From Vulcanimicrobiota bacterium (lineage in GTDB: Bacteria > Vulcanimicrobiota > Vulcanimicrobiia > Vulcanimicrobiales > Vulcanimicrobiaceae), in assembly GCA_963812155.1 (NCBI GenBank), contig CAWETW010000001.1:96001-160000 (forward strand): a stretch of DNA of 64,000 nucleotides. Reading direction: 5' to 3'. The notes beneath the pieces were generated by a model. It saw only the letters and a program-made list of their open reading frames with translations. It did not search any database and was not told the origin of the DNA. The translations under genes and the position numbers were made by a program. The stretch's first letter is position 1, and every line of letters begins with the position of its first letter. Positions 50,972-62,101 of the stretch are shown here, piece by piece.

Positions 50972-53586
50972 ATGCACCTTGCCAAGCAGTACGACCCGAA
51001 AGCGGTCGAGCCGCGCCTCTACGCCCGGTGGGAGCAGTCCGGCTACTTCCATGAGGAGCCCGACCCGGCACGGCCTCCGTTCATTATTTGCATGCCGCCG
51101 CCGAACGTGACCGCGCGCGCGCATCTGGGGCACGGCTCGACGTATCCGCCGATGGACGTGCTCACGCGCTACCATCGGATGCTGGGCGAAAATGCGGATT
51201 GGCTGCCCGGACTCGACCATGCGGCGATCGCTACCGAGGCCGTGCTGCTAAAGAAGATTGCCGCCGAAGGACTCACGCGCGAAGGCTTAGGCCGCGAGCG
51301 ATTCCTCGAGCGCGCGTGGGAGTGGTCGCGCACCTACGGCCGCGAGATCAACGACCAGTTTCGCGTACTGGGCTTCGGGCCGGACTGGAAGCGCGAGCGT
51401 TTCACGATGGACGACGCGCTTTCGGCGGCGGTGCGCAACGTGTTCGTGCGCCTCTACCGCGAGGGCCTCATTTATCGCGGCAAGCGCCTCGTCAACTGGG
51501 ATCCCAAGGGGAAGACGACGGTCTCCGATGCGGAAGTCGACCACGTCGAACGCGACGCGGTGCTGTGGCACGTCGCCTATCCCGCAGTCGACGGCGGCGA
51601 CGGCGTGACGATCGCAACCACCCGTCCCGAAACGATTCTCGCCGACATCGCAATCGCGGTGCATCCTGACGACGACCGTTATGCGGCGCTGGTCGGACGC
51701 AGCGTGCTCGTGCCGCCGTTGCTCGAGCGTTCCATTCCGGTAATCGCCGACGCAGCGGTCGACCCCGCATTCGGGACGGGCGCCGTCAAGGTGACGCCGG
51801 CGCACGACGCCACCGACTACGAGATCGGAACGCGCCACGGCTTGCCGATGCCGTCGGTCATCGGCTTGGATGCGGCGATCTCGGCGAGCGACGTCGCCGT
51901 CGGTCCGTACGAAGGTCTCGACCGTTTCGAGGCGCGCGCGCGCATCGTCGAGGACTTGCGCGCGAAAGGGTTGCTCGTGCGCGAGGAGCCGCACCGCCAC
52001 GCCATTGCGGTGAGCGAGCGCACCGGCGACGTGATCGAGCCGCTGCTTTCGCTGCAATGGTTCGTGCGGATGGAATCGCTCGCGCAGCCGGCGCTGCAAG
52101 CCTACCGCGACGGGCGCCTGCGCTTCGTGCCGGAGCGCTACGGACGCACTTACGAGCAGTGGCTGACGAACATTCGCGACTGGAACGTCTCGCGGCAACT
52201 CTGGTGGGGACATCAACTGCCGGTCTGGTACACGCCCGACGGCACGCCGGTCGTGGCCGAGACCGAAGAAGAAGCGCGCGAGATCGCGTTGCGCGAACAC
52301 GGGACCGGCGATCTCGCCCAAGATCACCGACACGCTCGACACGTGGTTTTCGAGCGGCCTTTGGCCGTTCTCGATCCTGGGGTGGCCGAAGCAGACGCCG
52401 GAACTTGCGTGCTGGTATCCGTCGCAAGTGATGATCACCGGGTGGGAGATCATCTTCTTGTGGGTCGCGCGCATGGTCATGCTCGGGTTGCACCTCACCG
52501 GAAAGCTGCCGTTTGCGAACGTCTTCATCACGCCGCTCGTCTTCGACAATCAAGGGCGCAAGATGTCGAAGTCGCTTGGAAACGCGATCGATCCGCTCGA
52601 CGTCATCGACAAATACGGCGCCGACGCGTTTCGCATGGGCATGCTTCGGCAGATGCGCCTCGAGGGCCAAGAGATTCGCTTTCAAGAGTCGCGCTGCGAA
52701 GAAGCGCGTAACTTCAACAACAAGGTCTGGAACGCGACGCGCTACATGCTGTCGCTTCCCGAGAAACTCCCCGGTGCGTTGCGGCTGCCGCCTTCGAGCG
52801 CGCTCACCGAGGCCGATGCGTGGATTCTGACGCGTCTGCACGAAGCCGCCGTCCACGTCGCACGCGCGCTCGACGGTTTCGACATGGGCGAGGCGGCGGA
52901 AACCATCTGGCGATTTATTTGGCACGAATTCTGCGACTGTCTACGTCGAAGCGACGAAGGTCGAAGAGAATCGGGCGACGCGCGCGGCGGTCTTGTCGTT
53001 CGTCTGGAACAATGCGATGCGCTTGCTTCATCCGATCGCACCGTTCATCAGCGAGGAGGTCTGGCTTGCGATTCCGCACGACGGCCAGACCATCATGACG
53101 GCCACCTGGCCGGATCCGCTCGAAATTCCCGTCGACGACGCGGCCGCGGCGACCTTCGATGCGCTGATGCGGGCGGCCGAACGCGTGCGCGCGCTGCGCG
53201 CGACGATCGGACTTCACCCCAAGGAACGCATCGACGTCGAGGTGCCCGGCAACGTTCCGGCACGCGTGGCCTCCGCGCTGGCACACCTCGCGACCGCCGA
53301 GGTAACGTACGTCGACGCCTCCGGCGGCAGCATCCCCGACGCGCTCGCCCACGTCGTCGCGCGCGCGCCGCGCGGCGTCCTTTTCGAGCGCTATCGCAAA
53401 GACGCGGACCGTTTGCGCGGCGAGGTCGAGCGTCTGGAGCGCAAGCTCGGCAACGCGGACTTCGTTGCCAAGGCCGCACCTGACGTCGTTGCGAAAGAAC
53501 GCGAGAAGCTAGCCGGCTATCGCAACGACGCCGCTCGCGTCGAAACGGAATTGGCGTCGCTGCGTTCCCAAGGAGAAAGTGCGTGA
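50972..53586 (+). CDS. valS: Valine--tRNA ligase; two apparent frameshifts (~52325, ~52938)
   Basis: PPPNVT..HLGH, ATTRPET, VKVTPAH, DWNVSRQLWWGH, KMSKS, C-terminal coiled coil. Confidence 0.96.
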
Positions 53587-54122
53587 CGGTGACCACGGGG
53601 CGAGTGCTGCTCCGCAGCGACGAGATCGACCGCGTGATCGCGCGGCTCGCACATGAGGTGCTCGAGCCGAACGACGCGCAGGAGGGACTCGTTCTGCTGG
53701 GCGTCCGCCGGGGCGGCGAGGCGCTCGCGATTCGGCTGGCGGGCGAAATCGAACGCATCGGCAACGTCGCTCCGGCGCTCGGATTTCTCAATATCGATCT
53801 CTACCGCGACGACCGCGTGCGGCACGAACTTCCCGACTCCCAAATTCCGGTCGACGTTTCGGGTCGCGTCGTCGTCGTCGTCGACGACGTGCTCTTCACC
53901 GGACGCACCATGCGCGCGGCGCTCGATGCGGTCACCGATTTCGGCCGGCCGTCCGCAATCCGGCTTTGCGCGCTGGTCGATCGAGGCTTGCGGGAACTGC
54001 CGATTCAACCCGACTACGTCGGCCGCACGATACCGACGAGCCGCAGCGAACGCGTGACCGTCACGCTCTCCGCGCAACCGTCGCCCGCCGACGAGGTTTC
54101 GGTCGTTGCGGATTCGCCGTAG
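53583..54122 (+). CDS. pyrR: Pyrimidine operon regulator / uracil phosphoribosyltransferase
   Basis: LYRDD, VVVDDVLFTGRT, DRGLRELPIQPDYVG. Confidence 0.93.
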   Translation: MTVTTGRVLLRSDEIDRVIARLAHEVLEPNDAQEGLVLLGVRRGGEALAIRLAGEIERIGNVAPALGFLNIDLYRDDRVRHELPDSQIPVDVSGRVVVVVDDVLFTGRTMRAALDAVTDFGRPSAIRLCALVDRGLRELPIQPDYVGRTIPTSRSERVTVTLSAQPSPADEVSVVADSP

Positions 54123-55011
54123 TCTACTCGATCTCGACGATCTCGACGCCGACGAGCTGGCCTACGTTTTCGAGCGCACGCAGGCGTTCGAGAAGAAGCC
54201 GCCGGGGCCGCTGTTGCGCGGCACGGCCTGCATCAATTTGTTCTTCGAGCCGAGCACGCGGACGTTCACGTCGTTCAACCTCGCGCAGCTCCGCTTATCC
54301 GCCGACGTCGTCAACCTCTCGCCGCGCGATCTGAGCCTGACGACGAAAGGCGAGACGGTCGAGGACACCGCGGTGACGCTCGCCGCGATGGGCGTCGGCG
54401 TTCTCGTCGTACGCCATCCGGAGGCCGGCTTTCCGCAGCACATCGCAATGTCGTTCGACGGCCACGTCGTCAACGCGGGCGACGGCGGACACGCGCATCC
54501 GACGCAAGGACTGCTCGACATCTACACGCTGATCGAAGAATTCGGCGACCTCAGCGGGCGCACCGTCGCCATCGTCGGCGACGTCGCGCACAGTCGCGTC
54601 GCGCATTCGACGATTCGCGGTTTGCGCCGGCTGAATGCAAACGTCGCGCTGGTGGGGCCCGAGGCGTTTCTTCCGCTCGACTATGCTACCGAAGGAATTT
54701 CCGTCGAGCGCGACTTCGACGGGATTCTTCCGAACGTCGACGCCGTCGTGCTCCTGAGGATTCAACGCGAGCGCTTCGACGAGATGCCGCTCTCCGACGA
54801 AGAGTACGTCGCCAGGTACCGGCTGGACGCCCGCCGTTTGAAAATGCTGCGTTCCGACGCGGTCGTGATGCATCCCGGCCCGTACAACCGCGGGATGGAA
54901 CTCGACGACAGCGTGCTCGAGTTCGCCGGCTGGCGCTATCTCAAACAGGTGCGCAACGGCGTGTCGATCCGCATGGCCGTTCTCGATTTTCTCGTCAACG
55001 GCAGGCGATGA
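54106..55011 (+). CDS. pyrB: Aspartate carbamoyltransferase catalytic subunit
   Basis: FFEPSTRT, NAGDG, HPTQ, RIQRER, MHPGP. Confidence 0.95.
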   Translation: MRIRRSLLDLDDLDADELAYVFERTQAFEKKPPGPLLRGTACINLFFEPSTRTFTSFNLAQLRLSADVVNLSPRDLSLTTKGETVEDTAVTLAAMGVGVLVVRHPEAGFPQHIAMSFDGHVVNAGDGGHAHPTQGLLDIYTLIEEFGDLSGRTVAIVGDVAHSRVAHSTIRGLRRLNANVALVGPEAFLPLDYATEGISVERDFDGILPNVDAVVLLRIQRERFDEMPLSDEEYVARYRLDARRLKMLRSDAVVMHPGPYNRGMELDDSVLEFAGWRYLKQVRNGVSIRMAVLDFLVNGRR

Positions 55012-56302
55012 GCCGCGGCAGCCTGCTGATCAAGGGCGGCCGTCTGGTGGACCCGTCGCTGGCGCTCGACGCCGTGCGCGACGTGCGCATCGTCGGCGGC
55101 ATCGTGTACGCAATCGGTGAAGACCTCGCCGTCCGCGACGACGAGCCGGTTTTCGACGCGACCGGCGCGGTCGTCGCGCCGGGTTTCATCGACATGCACG
55201 TGCACCTGCGCGAGCCCGGATTCACCGAAAAGGAAACGATCGCCAGCGGTACGCGTGCGGCCGTCCGCGGCGGGTTTACCGCGGTCGCGTGCATGCCGAA
55301 CACGCGGCCGCCGCTCGACGACCCGGCCGCCGTCGAAGGCGTGCTGCGGCGAGCCGCCTCAGACGCAGCGTGCTCGGTCTATCCGATCGCCGCGATCACG
55401 CGCGGCCGTGCCGGAATGGAGCCGTGCGATTTCGGGGCGCTCGCGCACGCCGGTGCCGTGGCATTTTCCGACGACGGCGACAGCGTCGCCGATCCGCGCG
55501 TGCTGCGCGCAGCGGCGCTGGCAGCGCGCGACGTCGAGGGCGTCTTCATCTCGCACTGCGAGGATGCCGGACTCAAGGGCGACGGCGTCATGACCGAGGG
55601 TCAAACGTCGCGCGAACTCGGACTCGCCGGCAGTCCGGCGCTCGCCGAAGACGTCATCGTCGCGCGCGACCTGCTGATCGCCGGGGAGACGGGCAAGGCG
55701 TGGCACATCGCACATATCTCGCACGCGCATTGCGCTGGATCTCGTTCGCCAGGCGCGCGCGCGGGGGGTCGTCGCGACCTGCGAAGTGACGCCGCATCAT
55801 CTCAACTTGACGGCCGATTCGGTACGCGAACTGGGCGTCGCGCGCAAAGGTCAATCCGCCGCTGCGAACGCAAGACGACGTTCGCGCGCTTCGCGAAGCC
55901 GTGCGCGACGGAACGATCGATGCGTTCGCCACCGATCACGCACCGCACACTGCGGCGGAAAAATCGGCCGAGATCGACGGGGCGGCCGTCGGGTTTACCG
56001 GATTGGAGGTGGCCGTCGGAGCCTATGCACTCGCGTTGCCGGATCTTCCGGCGCTGCGCTTCGTCGAATTGCTCTCCGTCAATCCGGCGCGCATTCTCAA
56101 GGTCGAGGGCGGCACGCTGGCCGTCGGTTCGCGCGCCGACGTCACGATCTTCGCCGACCGGCCGTGGGTCGTCGATCCGGCGAGGTTTGCGTCGAAAGGA
56201 CGCGCGACGCCGTTCGAAGGCCGAACGCTGCCGCGTTGCGTTCTCGCGACCGTGGTCGCTGGAACGCTCGCATTCGACGCCCGCACCGAGGTGACGGCGT
56301 GA
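55008..56302 (+). CDS. pyrC: Dihydroorotase; two apparent frameshifts (~55720, ~55843)
   Basis: DMHVHLREPG, MPNT, FSDDG, CEVTPHH, KVNPPLR, ATDHAPH. Confidence 0.93.
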
Positions 56303-57388
56303 CGCATCCCGCGGCGCTCTTTCTGGCCGACGGCAGCCGCTTCGACGGACACGGGCTCGGGGTCACGGGTACCGCGTTGGGCGAGGCCGTTTTCTTTACG
56401 GGCATGACGGGCTATGAGGAAGCGCTGACCGACCCTTCGTATGCCGGACAGATTCTCACGTTCACCTATCCGATGATCGGCAACTACGGCATTTCCGGCG
56501 ATGCCGCACAATATTGGCGCGCCTGCGTCGCCGGCACGGTCATCAAGAACGTCGCATTTCATCCGTCGCACCATAGCTCGCGCACCGATCTTCCGTCGTG
56601 GCTCGACGAGCAACGGGTGCCGGCGCTCGTCGGCGCCGACACGCGTTCGATTACGATCGCGCTTCGCGAGCACGGCACGATTTGGGCCGCGCTCGCCGTC
56701 GGAGAAGACGAACTGGCGCAGGCCGACCGCCGGCTCGCGGAGTTCGTCCGCACGGCGGGAACCAAAGACCTCGTTCGGAGCGTTGCAACCAGCCGGCCCA
56801 CGCTCATCTCGGGAACCTCGGCCGCACGCGTCACGCTGCTCGATTGCGGCGTGAAGCGCGCCGTTCTCCGCGAACTCCAAGCTCTCGGCGCTGAGATAAC
56901 GGTGTTGCCGTACGATGCCACGCTCGACGACGTCATGGCCGCAAATCCGGACGCCATCGTCGTCTCTCCGGGTCCGGGCGATCCCACCGACTTGCCGCAG
57001 ACCGTGGAACTCTTGCGGCGTTTGTCGGCCGAAAAGCCGGTGTTCGGCATTTGCCTCGGCCATCAGTTGCTCGCGCTCGCGCACGGCGCGCGAACGTACA
57101 AACTTCCCTACGGACACCGCGGCGGCAATCAGCCGGTCAAAGACGTCGTCAACGGGCACGTGCTGATCACCGCGCACAATCACGGCTACGCCGTCGACGC
57201 GGAGTCGCTGCCCGACGAACTCGAAGCGACGATGGTCAATCTCAACGACGGCACGAACGAAGGGCTTCCGGCACCGCTCGCTGCCGGTGGCAGCCGTACA
57301 GTTTCATCCGGAAGCTTCGCCCGGACCGTTCGACGCGCGCGGACTGTTTTCAGAGTGGTTCGACTCCGCCGGCTTACCGCGCCGCTGA
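56299..57388 (+). CDS. carA: Carbamoyl-phosphate synthase small subunit; one apparent frameshift ~57263
   Basis: [42 protein letters not shown]; shifted frame gives [11 protein letters not shown] then TGA 57388. Confidence 0.93.
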
Positions 57389-58245
57389 TCGTCGCGCTCG
57401 CCGTCGCGGCGCTCGCGCCTCCGGTGGCCGCACAATCGCTGCAGCGACTGACCGTGCTATCGTTTGCGCTCGGCAGCGACACGACCGCGCCGGCCGCGGG
57501 CGTCCCGTTTCGGTTGATCGTAACGCTGCGAGTGCGCGAGCGCGTGACCCGCATCGACAACCTCGAACTGCCGCTGCTCGCCGAACTCGAGCTGCTCGGC
57601 GACGAACGCCATTTGAAAAGCGGCCCCGGCGGCACCGAGTATCGCGAAACGATTACCGTCGTCGCGCATCAGGCGGGCTCGATCTCCATCGCTCCGGCGC
57701 TGCTGCAAGCGGTCGACGCTCGCGACGGACGCGCGAAGCAGTATGCGACCAACGGGCTAGTCCTGCGCGTTGCCGGTGCCGCGCCGTCGCTGCAAGGCGC
57801 CGCAAGCGCCGCCGAAAACCTGACCGCGAGCGCGCTCAGGGTCGTGCTGCTGATTCTCGGCGTCGCGTGCGCCGTCGCGATCGTGGCGTTGCTCTTCCGC
57901 CGCCGGGCGCTCCCGGCGCCCCCTCCGGAACCGGCGATAGCTCAGCCCGTTTTGCCGCCCGCGCGCACCGTGCGTGACGAAATTGCCGACGCGCTGGCAG
58001 TGCTGAGCGCCGATCCGTCGCGCGCGACGGCGGTACGCGTTCGCAGCTTCGTTTGGAGCCTGCTCGGTGCGCAAGAGGGTGAAACGCTCTCAGACGTGCT
58101 CGTGCGACCGGCGGCGGGTACGTCCGTCATGCGCGAGCTGCTGCGCGCGCTCGAGCGCGCCGCGTTTACCTACGATGCCGATCTCTCCGCAGCGATCGCA
58201 AGCGCGCGCGCGGCGCTCGCACATTTTCTGGAGGTGATGACGTGA
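57355..58245 (+). CDS. BatD-like exported or membrane-anchored protein
   Basis: Signal peptide, Ig-like domain (GSISIAPA), TM helix; directly precedes MoxR. Confidence 0.55.
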   Translation: MVRLRRLTAPLIVALAVAALAPPVAAQSLQRLTVLSFALGSDTTAPAAGVPFRLIVTLRVRERVTRIDNLELPLLAELELLGDERHLKSGPGGTEYRETITVVAHQAGSISIAPALLQAVDARDGRAKQYATNGLVLRVAGAAPSLQGAASAAENLTASALRVVLLILGVACAVAIVALLFRRRALPAPPPEPAIAQPVLPPARTVRDEIADALAVLSADPSRATAVRVRSFVWSLLGAQEGETLSDVLVRPAAGTSVMRELLRALERAAFTYDADLSAAIASARAALAHFLEVMT

Positions 58246-59213
58246 CGGCGCAACGCCCGGCCGATTTAAGTGCGGCGCTCTCGCAAACGATCGTAGGGCA
58301 GCGAGGCGTCGTCGAAGCGCTGCTGCTGGCGCTGCTCGCCGACGGACACGTTCTGCTCGAAGGACCGCCCGGGCTCGCCAAGACGCTGGCCTGCCGCTGC
58401 CTCGCGGCGGCGCTGGACGGCGTCTTCAAACGCATACAGTTCACGCCCGACTTGCTGCCGAGCGACATCGTCGGAACGCGGATTTTCGATCAGCACGAGG
58501 CGGCCTTTGCGACCGTCCTCGGACCGATCTTCGCCAACGTCGTGCTGGCCGACGAAATCAACCGCGCTCCCGCGAAAGTGCAATCGGCTTTACTCGAGGC
58601 AATGCAGGAACGCCAAGTCACCATCGGCCCGGAAACGCACGCGCTTCCCGACCCGTTCGTCGTCATGGCGACGATGAATCCGCTCGATGCCGAAGGGACG
58701 TACGCGTTGCCGGTCGCGCAGATGGACCGCTTCCTCATGAAGGTCAACGTGGGCTATCCGTCGGCCGATGAAGAGCTGCAGATCCTCGAACGCTTTGCGA
58801 TCGCAAGCGCACAGCCGCTGCGCGACGTCGCGTCGCTCGACGACGTTCGCGCGTGGCGCGGGCAGGCGCGCGCGGTGCACGTCGACGAGAAGCTCAAGCA
58901 CTATATCGTCGCGCTCGTCACCGCAACGCGCGATGCCGCCGGCATCCCGCTCCAACGCAGCAACGGTTCGCCGCTTGCGGCATCCGATTTCATCGAGTAC
59001 GGCGCGAGTCCGCGAGCGACGCTAGGCCTGACCAATTTGGCGCGCGCGCGAGCGCTGCTCGACGGTCGCGATTTCGCGCTTCCCGACGACGTGCGCGCGG
59101 TCGCGGCGCACGTTCTGCGGCATCGCATCGGTTTCAACTACCGTCTCGCCACCGAAGGACTCGCGGCGGACCGGATCATCGAAGCGATCGTCGCGGCGGT
59201 TCCCGCGCCGTGA
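58242..59213 (+). CDS. MoxR family AAA+ ATPase
   Basis: GPPGLAKT, RIQFTPDLLPSDI, DEINRAPAKVQSALLEAM, GASPRA. Confidence 0.95.
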   Translation: MTAQRPADLSAALSQTIVGQRGVVEALLLALLADGHVLLEGPPGLAKTLACRCLAAALDGVFKRIQFTPDLLPSDIVGTRIFDQHEAAFATVLGPIFANVVLADEINRAPAKVQSALLEAMQERQVTIGPETHALPDPFVVMATMNPLDAEGTYALPVAQMDRFLMKVNVGYPSADEELQILERFAIASAQPLRDVASLDDVRAWRGQARAVHVDEKLKHYIVALVTATRDAAGIPLQRSNGSPLAASDFIEYGASPRATLGLTNLARARALLDGRDFALPDDVRAVAAHVLRHRIGFNYRLATEGLAADRIIEAIVAAVPAP

Positions 59214-60037
59214 CGATCCGCGAGGCGCTGCTGCGCGGGCGGCGGCGCCCGCGCAATCTGGGCGCAGGCTCTCCGACGATCTATCGCGGCGACGGTTACG
59301 AGTTCGTCGAACTGCGCGCCTACGTTCCAGGTGACGACGTGCGCCGCATCGATTGGGCTGCAACGGCGCGCTCGGGCGATTTGCAGACGCGCGTCGTTCT
59401 GGAGGACGTCGCGCTGACGCTTGCCGCGATCGCCGACGCGTCGCCGTCGATGCACGTCGGCCGGCGGCGCCCGCTCATCACCGCGGTCCGCGAGGCGGTT
59501 GCTGCCTGGTTCGGCGCGGCGTCTTCCGACGACCGGTGCATCGCCGTTGGGGCCGACGCCGTTACGCCCCCGGCGCTGCAGCGGCGCGCTCATGCCGTCG
59601 TTGCATCGCTACCGTCGGGTTTCCAAGCGTTCGATCTCGAGCGCGCGTTTCGGACGGCACTCGGTGCGCTTCCGAGAGGAACCGCGCTACTCGCGCTCGG
59701 CGACTGGTACGAACTGCGGGAGACGCACGACGCGCTGTTGGCCGCGCTCGGCACGCGCTTCGACTGCACCGCGCTCGTGGCGCGCGACCCGTGGTACGAC
59801 GGTCTCCCGCTGCACGGCATCGTGCGCCTTCGCGGCGCCGAAGGCGGCAGCGTGCGCGCCTTCATCGGCGCGCGCGAACGCGCGGCGCACGCGCGCGCGG
59901 TGCGGCAACGCGAGAACGACGTGCTGGCGCGTTTTGCGCGCGCCGGCTGGCGCACGGGCGTGCTTCGCGAAGATGACGGCGCCGCGTCGTTGGCGGACGC
60001 GTTCGGGCTTCACGCGACCGGGGCCGCCGCGCGATGA
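59210..60037 (+). CDS. DUF58 domain protein
   Basis: GYEFVELRAYVPGDDVRRIDWAATAR, DASPSM. Confidence 0.92.
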   Translation: MTIREALLRGRRRPRNLGAGSPTIYRGDGYEFVELRAYVPGDDVRRIDWAATARSGDLQTRVVLEDVALTLAAIADASPSMHVGRRRPLITAVREAVAAWFGAASSDDRCIAVGADAVTPPALQRRAHAVVASLPSGFQAFDLERAFRTALGALPRGTALLALGDWYELRETHDALLAALGTRFDCTALVARDPWYDGLPLHGIVRLRGAEGGSVRAFIGARERAAHARAVRQRENDVLARFARAGWRTGVLREDDGAASLADAFGLHATGAAAR

Positions 60038-60954
60038 GCTTCGACCGCCCGCTCTGGCTCGCCGTCGCGATTGCGGCGGCCGCCGGATTCGCGATCCTTT
60101 ACGGTCGCCTGCAGCGGCGCGTCACCGAACGCGATCTCGCGTATTCGAACGTCGAGTTCTTCGCCGCAGCCGTTCGTCCGCGCGCGTGGATACCGCGCGC
60201 GCTGCAGGCGTTGTGGATTGTTGCCGTGGCCGTCGCGCTGTTGGCCGTCGCCGGCCCACACGTCACGCTGCCGATGCCGGCGCACGACGGCCGAGTCTTT
60301 CTCTGCATCGACACGTCGGGGTCGATGGCGTCGACGGACGTCACGCCGAGCCGCGCGGCGGCCGCAAAAGAGGCCGCCCGCGCGTTCATTTCCGAGACGC
60401 CGCCGGGAACGAAAATCGGCATCATTGCATTCTCCGGACAGGCCGGCGTCGTGCAGCCCTTGAGCGCCGATCGGCGCCAGGTCGCTGCGGCGCTCGACGA
60501 CGTTCCGCTGCCGGATGGTGCGACCGCGATCGGCGACGCGCTCAGACTCGCCGCGCAAAACCTTCCGGCCACCGGACACCGCGTCGTAATCCTCATCACC
60601 GACGGCGTCAATAATGCCGGAACCGATCCAATGGAGATCGCGCAGTGGATGGGCGCGCACCACATTCCGGTGTATACGATCGGCATCGGAACGCAAAACG
60701 GCGGCATCATTCCGGGAACCGGCGACGAGGCGACGATCGACGAAGACGCGCTGCGCGCATACGCGAACGCGAGCGGCGGCGCATACGCGCGCGCCGAGGA
60801 TGCCGGCCAACTCCGCGACGCGCTCGCGCGTCTCGGACGCATGACGGCGGTCGAGCGCACGACCGTCGACGCCTCGCTGGCGTTTGCGATCGCCGGCGCC
60901 TGCGGCATGCTGCTCGCGTTTCTCGCCGGCTTCGGTTTGGGCCGCTACCCGTGA
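60034..60954 (+). CDS. VWA domain membrane protein (BatA-like)
   Basis: DTSGSM MIDAS, ATAIGDA, ILITDG, VYTIGIG; N- and C-terminal TMs. Confidence 0.92.
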   Translation: MSFDRPLWLAVAIAAAAGFAILYGRLQRRVTERDLAYSNVEFFAAAVRPRAWIPRALQALWIVAVAVALLAVAGPHVTLPMPAHDGRVFLCIDTSGSMASTDVTPSRAAAAKEAARAFISETPPGTKIGIIAFSGQAGVVQPLSADRRQVAAALDDVPLPDGATAIGDALRLAAQNLPATGHRVVILITDGVNNAGTDPMEIAQWMGAHHIPVYTIGIGTQNGGIIPGTGDEATIDEDALRAYANASGGAYARAEDAGQLRDALARLGRMTAVERTTVDASLAFAIAGACGMLLAFLAGFGLGRYP

Positions 60955-61559
60955 GACCGCCGGGCCGGAGGGACGTCAGCGCCGAGAGCGACCCGATCGA
61001 TCTCCTGCGGCGCTGGATCGACGATGCGGCCGACGCCGGAATCGCCGAGCCGGCGGCGATGTGTCTGGCCACCGCGGATGCGGCCGGACGACCGTCGGCG
61101 CGCTTCGTGCTGGCACGCGGCATCGACCGGGGCGGCGTGCGCTTCTTTACGTCGTATCTTAGCCGCAAAGGCTGCGAACTGGCGCAGAATCCGCGAGCCG
61201 CTGCCGTCTTTTATTGGGCGCCCTTGGCGCGCCAAGTTCGCCTCGAAGGGACGGTCGAGATACTTTCGGAGGAAGAGTCCGACGCCTATTTTGCCGCCCG
61301 TCCGCGCGGTCACCAAATCGCCGCGTGGGCGTCGGAACAGAGCGAACCCGTCGAATCCCGCGAACTCCTCGACGATCGGTACGCGCACTTCGAGGAGCGA
61401 TTGGCAGAAGAACCGGTCGCGCGCCCGCACTCGTGGGGCGGCTACGTCGTCAAGCCCGAGCGCCTCGAGTTCTGGGAAAGCCGCCCCAACCGCATGCACG
61501 ACCGGTTCGAGTTCGTGCTGACCGGCGGTGCGTGGGAACTCCGCCGCCTGCAGCCCTAG
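60951..61559 (+). CDS. pdxH: Pyridoxamine 5'-phosphate oxidase
   Basis: AMCLAT, PSARFVL, SRKG, RQVRLEG, WGGY, EFWESRPNRMHDR. Confidence 0.93.
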   Translation: MRPPGRRDVSAESDPIDLLRRWIDDAADAGIAEPAAMCLATADAAGRPSARFVLARGIDRGGVRFFTSYLSRKGCELAQNPRAAAVFYWAPLARQVRLEGTVEILSEEESDAYFAARPRGHQIAAWASEQSEPVESRELLDDRYAHFEERLAEEPVARPHSWGGYVVKPERLEFWESRPNRMHDRFEFVLTGGAWELRRLQP

Positions 61560-61563
61560 TGTC

Positions 61564-62010
61564 CTAGTTCAGTCGCGTTGCGTTCGGAACGGGACGCTTT
61601 TCGTCGAGATCGAGTAAGTCGAACCACGTCACGACGTCGTCCCGTCCGGGCGCGACCTCGTCGCGCAGCTTCGTAAAATAGTCGTAACTGTGCGAGCCGG
61701 GCTCGGGGTGCCAGCGCATCCGCTGCGTGTTGAACGTCTCGATCTCCGCCGGCGTCTTCTTGGAAAGCAGCTCCGAGCGCACCCATTGCTCGACGGCATC
61801 GTCGGTTTTCAGTTCTTCGACTTTCTTTGCGAACGTCGTGCCGTCGGTGCCCAGAAACTCAAAGAGCGGCTTGTCGTGCGGGCAGTCGTAGTCGTATTCG
61901 CCCAACGTCCCTTCGTTGTGCGCGCGTGCCTTGTCGAGGGTGCGCTTGAGCGACACCAATCCGGCCATCTTGTCTTTGGCGCTGCGAGGCGCCGTCGTCG
62001 TGAGGTTCAT
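61564..62010 (-). CDS. DUF5069-like protein
   Basis: PRS...GLVSLKRTLDKARA...GTLGEYDYDCPHD...TWFDLLDLDE. Confidence 0.7.
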   Translation of the reverse strand: MNLTTTAPRSAKDKMAGLVSLKRTLDKARAHNEGTLGEYDYDCPHDKPLFEFLGTDGTTFAKKVEELKTDDAVEQWVRSELLSKKTPAEIETFNTQRMRWHPEPGSHSYDYFTKLRDEVAPGRDDVVTWFDLLDLDEKRPVPNATRLN

Positions 62011-62101
62011 TCCGGCGTTATACCCGGTCGCAGCCAAAGCGACCCCTAGGAGAGCGCCTGCTGGCGTGAGGACTCTCCGCGGGGGAAACGAATAGTCCAC
62101 C

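Noticed and set aside
55786..58245. Apparent 819-aa CarA-BatD fusion ORF
   Set aside because: The CarA catalytic QFHPE motif and its stop (57388) lie in another frame; one extra G near 57263 creates the fusion
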